Of a DNA stretch of 64,000 bases, positions 36,385-49,400 are shown piece after piece (the stretch's first letter is position 1; the number at the start of each line of letters is the position of its first letter). A model generated the notes under the pieces. The model saw only the letters and a list, made by a program, of their open reading frames with translations. It made no database searches and was not told where the DNA came from. The position numbers were made by a program, and so were the translations under genes. Origin of the DNA: Dicyema japonicum (lineage: Eukaryota; Animalia; Dicyemida). The stretch covers positions 29,424 to 93,423 of the forward strand of contig RDEW01000007.1 in assembly GCA_011109175.1 (NCBI GenBank), written 5' to 3'.

Positions 36385-37190
36385 TTAGTATGCGTTCTTA
36401 CGTAGGAATCCACAAATCATGTTTTCCATTATTTGCTTCATTGGGATATGGATCCTGTTTTTCTCAGTTCTCAAGACGTTGCATAGTCTCCTCTCCACGA
36501 CTAACTTTATGACAGATCTTCTAGACTTCTCCAGCAGTGATAATATACTTTCCTTCTTCGTGGACCGATACCATGCTTCGCACACATACAAAAACTTTGT
36601 AAGATTATCCTCATAAAAATGAAGAAAAAGGTCTCCGTTTGAAAGCCATCTTGCGTGTGCTAAAGACCGTCTGTAGCTCCTTTTTCCTCCTCACTTTGAT
36701 TTCCTCCAGAAATGAGCCTTCCCGGTCGACTGCTACATCCAGGTAGCGAAGCGAACGAACTCTTGGAATTTCTAGTGTATAAGGCTGTACGTGATGGCTT
36801 CGTAAACAGCTGATTCTCATAAAGTTTGACTTCTCTGTTGAGAGTTTCATCTTTCTCCGTCACACCAGTCTTTCACTCGGTCAATAAATATCCTGAGTCT
36901 TCTATCGGAGAGCGTCAACCTCACAGACATATCAATGATTAAGATGTCGTCCGCGTAAATTAATAGTTTAGAGTTAGGGTCCGACGGAGTTAAGAGGTCC
37001 GATAAGATGTTGAACAGTAGGGGGCTCAGGACAGAGCCCTGCGGAACACCCCTCTTTAGAAAAACGTCTCCGGATACATTTCCTCCAATCGGCAGTTGAG
37101 AAGTCCCTCCCGTTAAAAAGTCTCTTAGCCATATGAGAAGTTGTTTTGGAATATTTGAACCCACTAGCCTGGAAAGTAGAGACGGAAAGT
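36385..37190 (-). mobile_element. LINE RT fragment (Jockey/CR1-like); related remnant at about 44480-45150 (+)
   Basis: RGVPQGSVLSPLLFNI, LIYADDILI, LRYLDV. Confidence 0.8.
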
Positions 37191-37194
37191 GACT

Positions 37195-37545
37195 GGACGG
37201 AGTAACAATATTTCCGTTTGAAAGGGGAAACCGTTGTTTGGGATGCAACATGTGTCGATTCTATTTCTCACCAACATCATCGGAAGGGCGGTATAATCAC
37301 TTTCCGACCTAGAGAAAGAAGAGAACTAAAAAATAAATATAGAGGAGGACTCGACTATATACCTTCCAGGCGATTGCTGCATAGACAAACGCAGCGATAA
37401 TCAGTAAGTCCCTGTTCATCCTCAAGAAACTCGGACGTATTGCCTCGCTCAGAAGCCATAATGACCGCGAAACGTAATGACTCATCCAGTTGGTCTCCAT
37501 AGCGGTCAAGAGGGGAGACGCCGAATCAATAAAGTTTTAGTTAGT
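37195..37545 (+). mobile_element. Degenerate CRE RLE 3' end
   Basis: RLDGVTIFPFE.G..VVWDATCVDS, AIDKRSD..LGRI. Confidence 0.7.
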
Positions 37546-38078
37546 GAAATGCACTCCCAAGTTACCCATAAGCATATGAATACTCCGGGTTCCGCTTGTG
37601 CTGTGCTCTTGACTATCCGTTCTACCAGTTTTCTTCATGTAACTTTCCTCCTCCATGTATAAGGTCTCCTGTTCAGTGTTCGAAGCGAGTCCTCTGATGT
37701 TGAAAGTTGCAATTCTAAACGGGTAGAATAGACAAACTGAGAGTACGATAAAGACATAACATTATTAGAGAGGTGTCAACCAATCAACCAACGCATCAAT
37801 AAAGTCGACGGGAATTAGAGTCTTCTAATTAATTCCAAGTTTTGTTTACCACAAAATCCTTCTCAAATACTTTAAGAAATCCTCAATTCAAGATGTTCGG
37901 GCTCTCTTGTCGGTCTGAAATCACTTAGTCTTATGAGAACTTTACTTTTCTCCTCTACCACTTATTCACGTGTTGTAGAGCATTTGTTCAAATCTAAATC
38001 ATATTAAGAACATTCTTTACATATCATAACATTCGCTTAGCATTTTCTAAATCATTCAAAGTTCTGTATACTACATGG

Positions 38079-38224
38079 CCTCCATCCCCAACCACCAAAA
38101 ATTTAATTCTTTTATCGTATCGGATACCTCCCATCCCCAACCACCAGAAATTTAATTCTTTTATCGTATCGGATACCTCCCATCCCCAACCACCAGAAAT
38201 TTAATTCTTTTATCGTATCGGATA
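38079..38224 (+). repeat. Tandem repeat, 3 x 49 bp
   Basis: CCTCCCATCCCCAACCACCAGAAATTTAATTCTTTTATCGTATCGGATA x3; copies 2 and 3 are identical. Confidence 0.95.
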
Positions 38225-38339
38225 ATCTCATGGTCCAGTGAAAACATCTGAGAGTCCGAGGATGCTACACGGAACAAGTTAATAATAACTGAAAAGTTTA
38301 AGAAAAACCCGTTCAATCCTTGGAGTCATCCTGGATCCT

Positions 38340-39130
38340 CTCACTCATCAAGTGAACCTGATAACCGCAAGGATCCAAAAGAAAATTGGAATTCTCAAGG
38401 CTTTTAAGTTACTCCCATAAATATTTTCTCGCCCTTCGTTAGAACAAAAATTCGTTCTACCGAGTATCGAGTACGTCTGTGCTGCATGGATTACCCTGTT
38501 GTCAGTATTGGCACAGAGCAAGCTGGAAGTTTTACAAAACCAATCTCTTAGAGTATTATTGAAATAATCGATAAAGACGTCCACCTCGTTGCTACGGAGA
38601 ACACTAAATGTCCCCCGATCATGGAATACGGGGTTAATAAATAATTGCTATCAAACGACTGAATAAATATGAGATTTAACCGAATCGCCAGTCTCTAATG
38701 ACGTTTTACAGTCTCACACGAGGAAATGTTAACCAAGGGGCGCCGATAGTGGAACGTTCTAAAGGCGAATTACCTGCAGCTTGTATCAGTAAACTCTACG
38801 TTCAAGTACTGTGCCGACAATTGAATAAGTTGTTCTGCCTGGAGATTTGCCCTCCCTCTTGGAGGATCAGGCGTATACACTCTCTCAGTCGTAAACCACT
38901 GTTGACTCATGTGAGCCAACATTTCATCATCACCAGTTTCCTTTCTGAGTAGAAGACGCCTGAGAAAATAGCCAAGGTTTCTACGTTTCTGCAAGGAGCT
39001 AGGAACCCATTCAGCGAAATGGTGGCCCATGCAGATGAGTTCGATTGACATATTGAAGTGCAGCCGATAGGAATCCTCTGCAGACAAGGCGCGTCCAGAG
39101 GGTATTTGGGTCGCTTTCGAAACATTCAAG
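38340..39130. mobile_element. Jumbled LINE 3' fragments
   Basis: 38900-39060 resembles 53930-54030 (CTGCAAG.ACTAGGAACCCATTCAG). Confidence 0.5.
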
Positions 39131-40284
39131 GAAAGTTAGGAGATATTGAATACATATTTGAATTGCCGCCCATATACTTGCATTTTTGATAGTATTCTGC
39201 CACCATGAGACGAATCCCTTAGAAATTGAGGGCATTCTTTGCTGGCTTGCTATGCACAATTCGTTGAAATCCTACAGAATCTGGTAAATGCTATGCAAAT
39301 GCGTTGAAAATCGTTCAATTTGAGCAAATGTTTGTTTAAAAATTTCAAGTTTATAATTCGCACACTCAGGGAATTTTATCAAACACAGAACCGCCAATCT
39401 GATTGCATCCAAGGCCGTGATTTCGGATTTTCCTGAAAAGGTGCAATTCTCTAAAAACTTAAAATGGAATTAAACTTGGATAGTTTGGTGAGAATCAAGA
39501 TTAAAGGTCACAATATCCTGTTCCATCAAGGAGACATCAAATAGACCACGTTCAGTTGCTAATTTTGTAAGTTTCCCCCAACCAAGTCACAATGGTGGGT
39601 GATTCATGGAGAGCCATTTCCGTTGTGTAGGTAATTCTCCACCAATCCCTGCATAATGAGCTTAGAAAACTTTCATATTGGAGATGGATCCAGCTTTAGA
39701 TATCTCCTCTCTAATTTCCCTGACTTTTCCTTTATTCACCAGATTTTGCCAACAATCTCATCGTAGTAGTGCAGTCTAGTCTATTTCTAATGAAAAATCC
39801 GGTAATACTAGCATGTCCAATTCATTACAGCCAGAACCGAGGTTAACATTAATTTATTAACCCCGGATACACCGAGAAAGAAGTTAAAGTAAACAACTAA
39901 TTAAGTGTATCCAGTTTACACTTCTACAGAAACAGAGTCCATCCGGAATCAGCATAAAGGGTAAGACTTCCATTACATGCAGTTGTGGAAACTTCTCCAA
40001 TGGAGTGGAGGAGAGCAAATGATCCTTTTTCGTGCATGCCTGGCACTGGGCGCCTCTTAGACAGGTGGATCACATAACGCCACTTTAACAGGAAGAAAAA
40101 GAAGGAACAGACGAACATAGCCACGAAGCACCACATGGCGAAACGCGGCTTTAAAGAGAATCCTAGAACCGAGGTTAACATAAAACTATTCAGTTAACAT
40201 TATAAAAAATAATTTAAAAATTTTTATGATTAAAAAATTATTATTTTTTATGGGGGTTTCTAAAATTGTTTGGGGGTCCTATAA

Positions 40285-40660
40285 GTGCTTAGAGGTACAG
40301 TCTTGATGAACGTGTACAAACAGTACATCGAGCCATGTTTCTCATATGCATGCGCCTCGTGGGGACCGTCCATATCTTGGACAAATATGAGGAAAATTGA
40401 AGAAATGCAAAAAAGGGCTTACAGAGTAACGGAGCGTTGGATTTGTGAAAATCACCGAACCGGACATACGCTTCTGGAGGCCCTTATGAGACTAGACTCC
40501 AGATCACGGGAAGGTGGCTTTAAAAATTCAGATACTTGTCCTGTACGTTCATGCGCGGGCACGGAGGAAGAACACCGGGCAAAGATGAGGTCTCTGTTAG
40601 AATACATTGGGATCACGTGATAATTAGTTTGGTTTCACCGTGGTCTTGGGTTAAATAAAT
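40285..40660 (+). mobile_element. LINE 3' fragment (Ingi/I-like); relative at 48410-48720
   Basis: YKQYIEPCFSYACASW..IEEMQKRA; ends GTGGTCTTGGGTTAAATAAATAAAT. Confidence 0.65.
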
Positions 40661-41599
40661 AAATGAAAATTAATGCACCAGTACTGGCATACAGACAGTA
40701 GATCACTTGGGGAACAACTTTTTGCTGTATGAGTAATGTAACTCCTATTTACAACGACTCTTCGAAATCGCGAGTTATCCAGTTGTACGCATAAAATGAT
40801 AATACTGCACTTTAAGAAGAACCATATTTGCTTTAGCTTTTCCCAGGCGTGACAATTTAAGTAAAGAACAGTTATGATAACTAATCGATGAGGGGAACAA
40901 AGGATTGCTCTTCACTCTTTATTTTTGTTGTGTGTGAGTCGTTTATAGACGATCTAGTTCCGCATGTTCACTGATGACAGCTTCACTCGTCAGGCCACTT
41001 GTTATCGCTGTTTTTTAAATAAAGTATATTTTTTCTCTTAGCGCCTGTCCTTCCATACGCTTTCTGATTAGTACTTGCGAAATACTCTCTGTCTTGTCTA
41101 ATTCACGTGTCGAGGTATTTTTTTTAATTTATGTATAGGTTGAATATTCTGATGGGAAAGAAGATCAGTCTTAATGTCAAGGCTTAAAAATAATTTTTTT
41201 TTAAATAAATTCTTTGTTGAATCGAGCAATTGGTATCTGGTTACCATGGAAACACGTAAAAACAAGCTGCCCATAGGCATCTAGCCACTCATGTGACAGC
41301 CTTTGAAAACCTCTATCAATTCGCCAGAGACTGCTAACTTTGGTGACCTACTTAAGTAAATTCCACGCGATCAAGGCCTTGAACAGCTCATTAAATCGAC
41401 CTAACTTGATAATATCTAACAACTCTATCATTCTGGTAACTGACAGGTCCACTTACAGTTAGTGGTAGTCCTCAATACCCACCATCAAAGAGAAACAAAT
41501 CATTATGGTTCTCATTCAGACACAAAAATTCTGCCGTGCATTCCTAAAATTAAAAAAATAGTATTCTGGAATCATTCAATTTAGTGGAATTTTATTTAT

Positions 41600-42950
41600 T
41601 TATCCCCGGTCCTTTCAAGTCAAAGAAATCGGTGGCTAACAAAAACGTTGCAGTCAAGAGAGGAGACTCCCAGAGATCCTACAAATATATTTGGTTCTGT
41701 AGAGAACTAGTAGGTGGACCAGGACAAGTGAGGAGGTGGCTCGTCTTCTGACTTTGAGAAAACACGATGGGCATTGTGGAGAAGAAAATTATAAAATCCT
41801 GTACTGATATGGATGTAAATTCAAGTGATGACTACAACCTAGGCGCGCCAAGTGAACGTGAACATCTTGGGTAGGGAACTTCGGTTCCGTCAACAATAGG
41901 TGTAATGCGCTCCAAAAACTTGGTTATGCAAAGGCTTCTGATGGCTTTTGCGTATATACAGTCATGGATTGTTTTCTGAGAGGCTTTGTCTTTGGGATGG
42001 TTTGCAGAATCCGAATTTGTTCATCTAGAATATGAATGATTCTCCCTTTGTAGGGAGAAGGTAATGAGCTGAATGTCCCAACATTTTACACTTGTCAAGG
42101 AATTGTAGACTGAGCATCTTGAAATGGTCTCTGATTGGGAGAATTTTTGATTCCCAGTCAAGGTAGTCATTGTGGTTTTTAGACAGCCAGTAACTATTCT
42201 TAATACAGTTTTGAGTCGTTTGTATTTTTCGACGTTTGTTAATGATAAACAGGGATTCCAGGCAGGACAGCATAGTTCATCGTTGTTCTGATAAATTGTC
42301 TATAGCTTTTGAGATTTTTCGCATACATATGAGACATGTTTTGAAAATGACAAGGAAGTATCAAATATCACATCGAGCATTTTAAGGGTTTTAACCACAG
42401 GAAGGAAGAGAGCGTCGTCAGAAATAATATTGGTTCCAAGTTGTACTGACCACGTTCTGTTGTGAAAGATGAGAAGATTTTGGTCCATCCAAGAAGAGAG
42501 TTTGTCAATAGTTCTTGCAGGACCATAGAAGCAACGGTTATGTCGCAGTGGCGAGAGGCAATTATGACATCATCGGCATAAGAACGAAGAAATGTGTCCT
42601 GGTTTGTTGGCAAGCTTGCTAGATGAAGATTAAACAAGGCTGGAGATAGGACTGAACCCTGAGGAATGCCATTTGAAGGTATCGATAATGAGAGTAGGTT
42701 GACATAATAAAAGAACAACCAGAGAGGAAAGTAAGGAACCATAATTTCAAACTGGACAGGATATTTGCAGAAAGGATTTTACTGCTCAGCACATGTCTCG
42801 ATGTCCGGTCAAAATCTTTGATGTCAATATACTCAACAATTGTTCTTTCCGGATGTTTACTACTAAATCCGTCGTTCAAGGAATATTTGACAAGTGACGT
42901 CTTTGTCAGTTAATGCTTTCCTAGGGACCGGATCGTCTGATAGGACTCAC
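41600..42950 (-). mobile_element. Degenerate relative of the 13468-16610 LINE
   Basis: NGIPQGSVLSPALFNL, SYADDVII, WESKILP; 3' segment CTCCCAGAGATCCT shared with 13548. Confidence 0.8.
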
Positions 42951-43099
42951 ACGCAACAAAAAGAAAAAAGTTAAAGAACCTTTCTTGATTACCTCCTCGC
43001 TTTCAACGATAATCACTGTGCTTTACTCAAATAAAGTGTGCGTCCTGCCCATACAGAACAATAAATATTAAGGCTGTAATTATTATTATTAGTTCTTTA

Positions 43100-44440
43100 G
43101 CTCATCTAAATATCTCCATGGATGTGTTTGCTCCTTAACTGGTCATGACAGGGTTTCTCAGCGATGACACTACCGCCCACTTCAAATATCTTCTTATGTT
43201 GTGCCGCAACGAGAGGCACCTCTTGTTCTGTATGGTGGGGGTCATCGGATCTCTTGAGCATAATCTTGTTCGTGATTGACTCCTGGCATTTCATCTCTGG
43301 TATTCCCTCCAGAATAATGCTTGTGCTTATTTAGCATTCTATTGAGATTTCAACTTTCTTACATTCCAGTCTCTAAGCGTTCTATCAACTTTTTTTGCAG
43401 ATCTTCGATTTTGAAGACAGGGAGAAGCAGTCATGTGGATCTATGTATCTTATTCTTTTGGTCCCTAGATTATTTCTCTTCATCACAATTCTCTTAAATT
43501 GTCAGGGAATTTAGACAAAATCACTGTTTCATGGTATATGATTAGATCTACTATTTGTTCATTGCTTGATAGATTTCAAAGGAGTTTCGAGCTCAACATG
43601 ACGTAACACTAATTTCTTAGTGGGACCAATTTAGGTTCCTCATGTCGTACCAACAGAGACTCCATACTCATAACTGTCCTCAGAATCACGGATAATGTCA
43701 GTGGAATATGATCGCTGACAATATAAGAGCAATTGGTGCGCATATGTATTCGTAATAGCATGGGAAATTAGGAAAGCCCACAGCATGTGTACCCGATAAA
43801 AAAGAAATGTTTGTTTTCTTCTGATGCTGGACTCTCAAACCAAGCATATTAACAGAACTCAGAAATATTTTAATAATTCTCTCAGAGATTTTGAATACAG
43901 ACCGCCGATGGTTACTCAGTTGTGGACACAACAAAAATCAACAGCGACAAACTCACAATAAACTGACGCAGTACCACTTTACCTTCTTTTTGATAATAAA
44001 ATCCGTCAAACGATAAGCGCAAATAAATCATAGGCCAATCGGTTGTCCCTTCGCTCTGACAATACTCCTTTCCTCCATATTCTTTTTCACTTGTTCAACT
44101 ATTGTCGTCATGTGATTAACTTGACAATGAAAAGTGTCTTGAAAATAAAAGATCAACAATTTATTTTCGGGTTTATGACTACCTGAAAGGGAGTGTTATT
44201 TAGAAGCAGAGTTGGTTCTAGATTATGAGTCAAAGAAACATGGGAACAGTAACTCTGGGCAATCTTGTAGCTATTACAAGCAAAAATTTTAGGTGATTCA
44301 CTGAAAAGGGAGAAGTTTGGTTTATTGGCTACAATCGTTTTCTCCAAGAACATGCGATCTTCATGCAACCGATAGATCAATAATTAGTGGGTTCTGACAT
44401 AATTCTTTGTGCTGCTTAGTATTAATAAAATAAAAATTAA
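43100..44440 (-). mobile_element. Highly degenerate R4/Dong-like retroelement remnant
   Basis: Scattered frameshifted similarity to R4-type RT C-terminus. Confidence 0.35.
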
Positions 44441-45729
44441 CATGAAATCTAGGATTTATTAGTGAATTACCGAGAAATTAAAATTATTGGTTAGTGATGG
44501 GAAACTAAGGTAAAAATGACACATACAGATATCTTGATCTACGCCGATGACGTCTCTTAAATGTCTCTTTAAACTCTTTGGTTTCTGAGAAACAGTTGAA
44601 GACGTACATGGACCAGATCGAAAAGTGGTGTAATGAAAAATTTCTCTCAGTCTCACGAGAAGTCTGTGTGATGAGGATACTGGAAGCAGGAGAATGGCTA
44701 ACCTAAAAGCTCGCTACAAGACATACCTCGGAAGAAGACTATAAAATACCTTGACCTCCTAATTGACGAGGGAGGTAATTTTATGGAACATGCTACGAAG
44801 GCTCTGTTCTGGTTAGAAAATTAAAGCTCGAGCCGGAGACCTTGTTATATGTCTTCAACACTGGAATACTTCCGGCAATGTTATATGGTTTAGAAGGATG
44901 GTGCGGTTAGAAAAAGAGAAACTCTATCCTCAAGAAATTTGAGAAAACGCGAAATTTTTCTATAAAGCTTGCTTACGGGATCAATCCTTGTATGTCGATT
45001 CCGTGTGGTTGGAAGGAAAAATGTGCAAGGTTGGCGGAGCTATCGAAATTCTTATTTGAGGTTTCAAAAATCGCACTAAACTATCTGGGACTTATCTTCA
45101 GAGATGACCCTATGTTTACGGATTTCTTGGGGAGACTGTCAATGTAGAAGTCAGTTGGCAAGTCCTACCGTTCCCCATTACTTAATTAGCAGTGTTTATC
45201 ATATATAAATTCCATCAAACAATATGGGATTTGAAGGATCAAATTATTTAGTAGAAGGAACAAAGAAAGGAGGTAACATCAGTGCAAACCATATACATTC
45301 CCTAGGAAAACCTTCGTCATGTTAAACTAGCAAAAGGTGGTTTCAAATTTTTTCTTATGTCATACCTTCACGTTTCTGATGTCTCTTAGGTCGAATGAGA
45401 ATGGAGAAATTATACCAACCTGGAGGCATTGCGAGTATTAGTACTACGTCATAGAACAACAGACCTACGTCACCAAATAAACTTTCCGATCAATTATTTA
45501 TTCCAATCCGATGGAGAAAGTTATTATCTCTTTTTATTCTTTTTTGAACTGGACGACACCTTAATAAGTGAGACACCAAAAACATTTTATTTTTGTTAAA
45601 ATTCGAACAATTAAACACTTGTCTAACTTTTTAATATAATTATGTATTAATTTTTTTTATAATAATTATTTAATTATTTAATTTTTATTAAATATTGGTC
45701 GTCCTGTGCGCTTGTTGGTAAATCGTTGA

Positions 45730-46791
45730 ATGAAGATCGACGATTTTAAGTTATTAAAGTTACTCGGACGGGGGAACTATGGAAGTGTTCGATCTAATAA
45801 TAACTCCTAGGTATTTCTTGCAGTATGGGCAGACGGGAACTTCTCGGCCGTGAAAGTACATTACCTCAGCACATCAGACAAGAAACTCCAGCATGCCGCT
45901 AAGGAATGTGATACAATCCAGTCTCTCAGTCATCCCTTTATTGTTTCCTCTTCCTGTTCCTTCCATACCTCTAATTTCTTTTGCATGGAAATGGAATTTT
46001 ATTCTGGGGGAGACATGCTCAGCCTGATAAAACGGAATTATCAACCCTCCGCCAAATTTGTGAGGTATTGCGGTATTAGTGACCTATAGGTTTTACGCAA
46101 GTGAGATTCTGTTGGGAATAGAGTATCTCCATAAGAGTGGAGTCCTCTATAGGGATCTCAAGCCGGAAAATGTACTTCTGGACTCGGCTGGACACGTGAA
46201 ACTTACGGATTTTGGCATGTGTAAGAACGGAATTACTCATAATGATCTCACGTGGACATTTTGTGGGACCACTTATTACATGTACTGAGTTTAAGTCATT
46301 CCAGGGCTCCTGAGTTCTTCCTACCCCACGGACATGGTTTCCCAGCAGATTTGTGGTCATTCGGGGTACTTCTTTATGAAATGACCTACAACCGTATGCC
46401 ATTTACGGACAGTGCCAATAGAAAGACTACATATCACGTTGGTGGGGTTATTTACTTTAGATTAAGCATTCTCCTCCTCGAATTTCCCATGACTGCAAAT
46501 CCGTCGCTTTGAGAATCATAATATGTGAGGTTGAGATTTGTGGTCATTTTAGTTGCTGAATAAGGACCCCTTCGGTCGACCCACATGCACACAGTTGAAG
46601 ATCATCACTTCTTTAGTAGTGTGAACTGGGAGGATGTGATATGTAAAAGAGTGGACCCTCCATTTGTTCCTCAGATTGTAAGCTTGTGTGTTGCATTGTA
46701 GAGTGGGGAGTGTGATGTTAGGTATTTTGATGATGAATATACAAATGATGACACGTGCGTTATGGACGGCCTTATTATAGATGAGTGCTGA
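45730..46791 (+). CDS. Minimal AGC-group Ser/Thr kinase; six introns of 23-25 nt; apparent 1-nt frameshift at about 46601
   Basis: [65 protein letters not shown]; introns 45787-45810, 46065-46089, 46282-46304, 46438-46460, 46530-46552, 46678-46701. Confidence 0.88.
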
Positions 46792-47229
46792 ATTATTTTG
46801 ACTTTTATTTCTTTAAATTATCGATTATTTATTTTGTGGGGAAGTATTTGTTTCCTTGTTATTTTAGGAAGTATGTTGAGTTTGTGTTTCATTCGACCGA
46901 AAGACAATTATGCTCCTGGCAACGATTTCTGTGATCGACCTCAGCTTCCCGGATAACGTCCTCTGGATTTCTGTCTTGGGTGAGGGTTCTGCTGGAACGC
47001 GTCAGGATCGTTTGTTGGTATTACCCTCGGATTTTGGAATAATTTAATTTTATTAATTTTTAATTGGGAAGGATGTTGGCGAATTACACGTTTTAGTGAA
47101 TATATATAGTTGTTTTGATTTATTAATTTTTGTGGAGTATAATTGAAAGTTTTTTTTGTAAAATGCTTACCATCTATGCCGAGTATATGGAATCAAAAAG
47201 GCTAGAAAGTTGAAGGGGCATTCAGTATA

Positions 47230-47630
47230 TTCTATGAACACAGAATGTTAAGATAAGAATCGATTCTGACTGAAACGAAAGCAAAGCTCAACAAACCTGA
47301 TATTTTTGTAAATAAGAAGATCAAGAATGAGATAATGCTAATCGAAGTGGGAATTACTTTTTTTGAACTCTTAAAACAGGTGGAAGTATAAAAATGTAAC
47401 AAGTACGACCTTCTCGTAACTGAACTTTTGCTTCTCAACGATTTTCAAGTAAAGATTATCCCACTAGTTGTGACCTGTGATGGAGTTTTCTCGAAATGTT
47501 TCAACAATTATATGGATGAACTATCTGTTGAGTGAGCAATGAGAACTTACATCTAGTCAGTTGTGTTGAAAAGACTCTCGAAAGCATACTAATTGAACAC
47601 AAACACGGGATGAAGGTCACAATGAACTAG
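47230..47630 (+). mobile_element. R4/Dong-like RLE endonuclease fragment
   Basis: NKPDIFV..IMLIEVGIT..KYDLL..KIIPLVVTCDG. Confidence 0.75.
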
Positions 47631-47799
47631 TATGTGCTCAAACCGTTCATTAAGAGAACAAAGAGCAGCGGAGACATGCCATCATCCTGATGGATCCCCT
47701 CGCCTAATTATGTCTATTATAGTTCAAATGAATACATTCATCACATCAACAGAATCGTATACCTTCTTCACCTACATTGACAAAAGAGAGTTTCCATAG

Positions 47800-48290
47800 A
47801 CAGGCACTTGTTTATCATGCTCTTTAGTCCAATGACAATTTTGCACGGTACCCAACTAATTCTCTGAGAGAATAATCTACAAAGCTCCTGACCTCATTAG
47901 CCACCAATTTGGTCATCAGCTTATACAGGGTTGGCCTGCAGGTTATCAGTCCTGCATGAGTCTGAGGGTTGTTAATTTTTGGGATCAAATAAGTTGTCCC
48001 AGTGTAGATCCACTCAGAAACCGTTTCCAAAAATGAATAGTATAAAATTTTATTTCCTTCAAACAGAATAGTCACTATTATACATCCAATCCATATAAAA
48101 AATATCCCTCAACTTTAGATTATTATCGGCACCTCTGAGAACACATTAAAAAAGTCAATTCAAGTTCCCTTGTACAGCTTTCCCTAAGTTCGACAATAAA
48201 ATAATTTGTCTTAGGCTACAGCTTTCGGTAGAGGATATAGTCAACCTTTCCCAACTCCAAGATCACCTTTGTCTACAAACTAGATTATAA
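47800..48290 (-). mobile_element. R4/Dong-like RT N-terminal fragment
   Basis: GTTYLIPK..ITCRPTLYKLMTK. Confidence 0.7.
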
Positions 48291-48959
48291 TTTTATGTCA
48301 TCTATTAAAAACTCAATGACCACATTATTCCAATAATCTTAAATTTTTTATTGATTTATGGCTATTTTGTAAGAATTAATTTATACATGACAACTTGTAG
48401 TTATTTGTTCCCACATGTATATTCAACCGTCTCTAACTTACGGGTATGCTGCATGGGGAACCAACCTATCAAACAGGAATATAGAAAAAATCAATACCTT
48501 CCAAAAAATGGCCAGTAAGGCTTTGCAAAGGTTTTCTTGGAAACCTATAAACCCTACACCCTTTGAGGAATTAGTGAGGAAAACCGGAGCCTTACTACCC
48601 TCCAAAAAAGTTAGAAACCCCTGCCAATCCGGAAATGCGTTGGAACCCAGGAAGAACACCGAGCAAGAATGAGATGGCTACTCGAGGCGGCCGGAATCAC
48701 CTGACGGCTATGTATTTATTTAATTTGTCGGTGATTTTTGGTTTTTAATAATTAATTATTATTATTTATTGGTTTAAATATACTTTTTAATTATTATTAA
48801 AAAGTACTTTCGCAGAACCAAAGAACGTTATATTAACTAAGGTCTCGTTTGTGCCACACGTTTCACAATCTGCTTCACTAGGCGTCTCCATTACCCTCTG
48901 TTTTGCGCATCTGTCCGTAGATCTTCCAGGTCTTCTGTAAATTTAAGTTTTCCTCCAAT

Positions 48960-49400
48960 TCCATTAAGATCATTGTTCAGAGCCACGGGTAGAGTGACTC
49001 TGAGTCTTCCTCTGAATGATGGTTTTTCTCATTGTTAAAGTAATTGTCCATTATTATATTTGCAGGGGCGTTTATGTCCATTCTGAGCACGTGCCCAAAC
49101 AGTCTCCACCTTGATTCAATAATGTCGATGCTTATTGGCCTCGATTGTGCCACAGAGTATAATTTTTTGTTTGAAATCTTCTTGGGCAACCTAGACCCAT
49201 TACATTGCGTAATTGTTTTCGATGAAATATATCCAGTTTCTTGAGCTCTAGCTTTGTGACCCTCAATGTACCCGAGTTGTACATAAGCACCGGCTTTATA
49301 TATGCGTTGTATATTCTTATTCTTAGATACTTTTATTAGTTTTCGTCGACTCCATATCTTCTGCATTTTCTTACGCATGGCAGTGGCTAGAACTCTTCTA
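48960..49400 (-). mobile_element. RTE-like LINE 3' fragment
   Basis: KISNKKLY..IIESRWRLFGHVLRMDINAPA. Confidence 0.8.

Noticed and set aside
38079-38224. CRISPR-like array
   Set aside because: The units abut with no unique spacers, the context is eukaryotic and there are no cas genes.
47120-47140. Sm-site-like AATTTTTGTGG (snRNA or SL RNA)
   Set aside because: No supporting stem-loops or conserved 5' sequence; expected by chance in AT-rich DNA.
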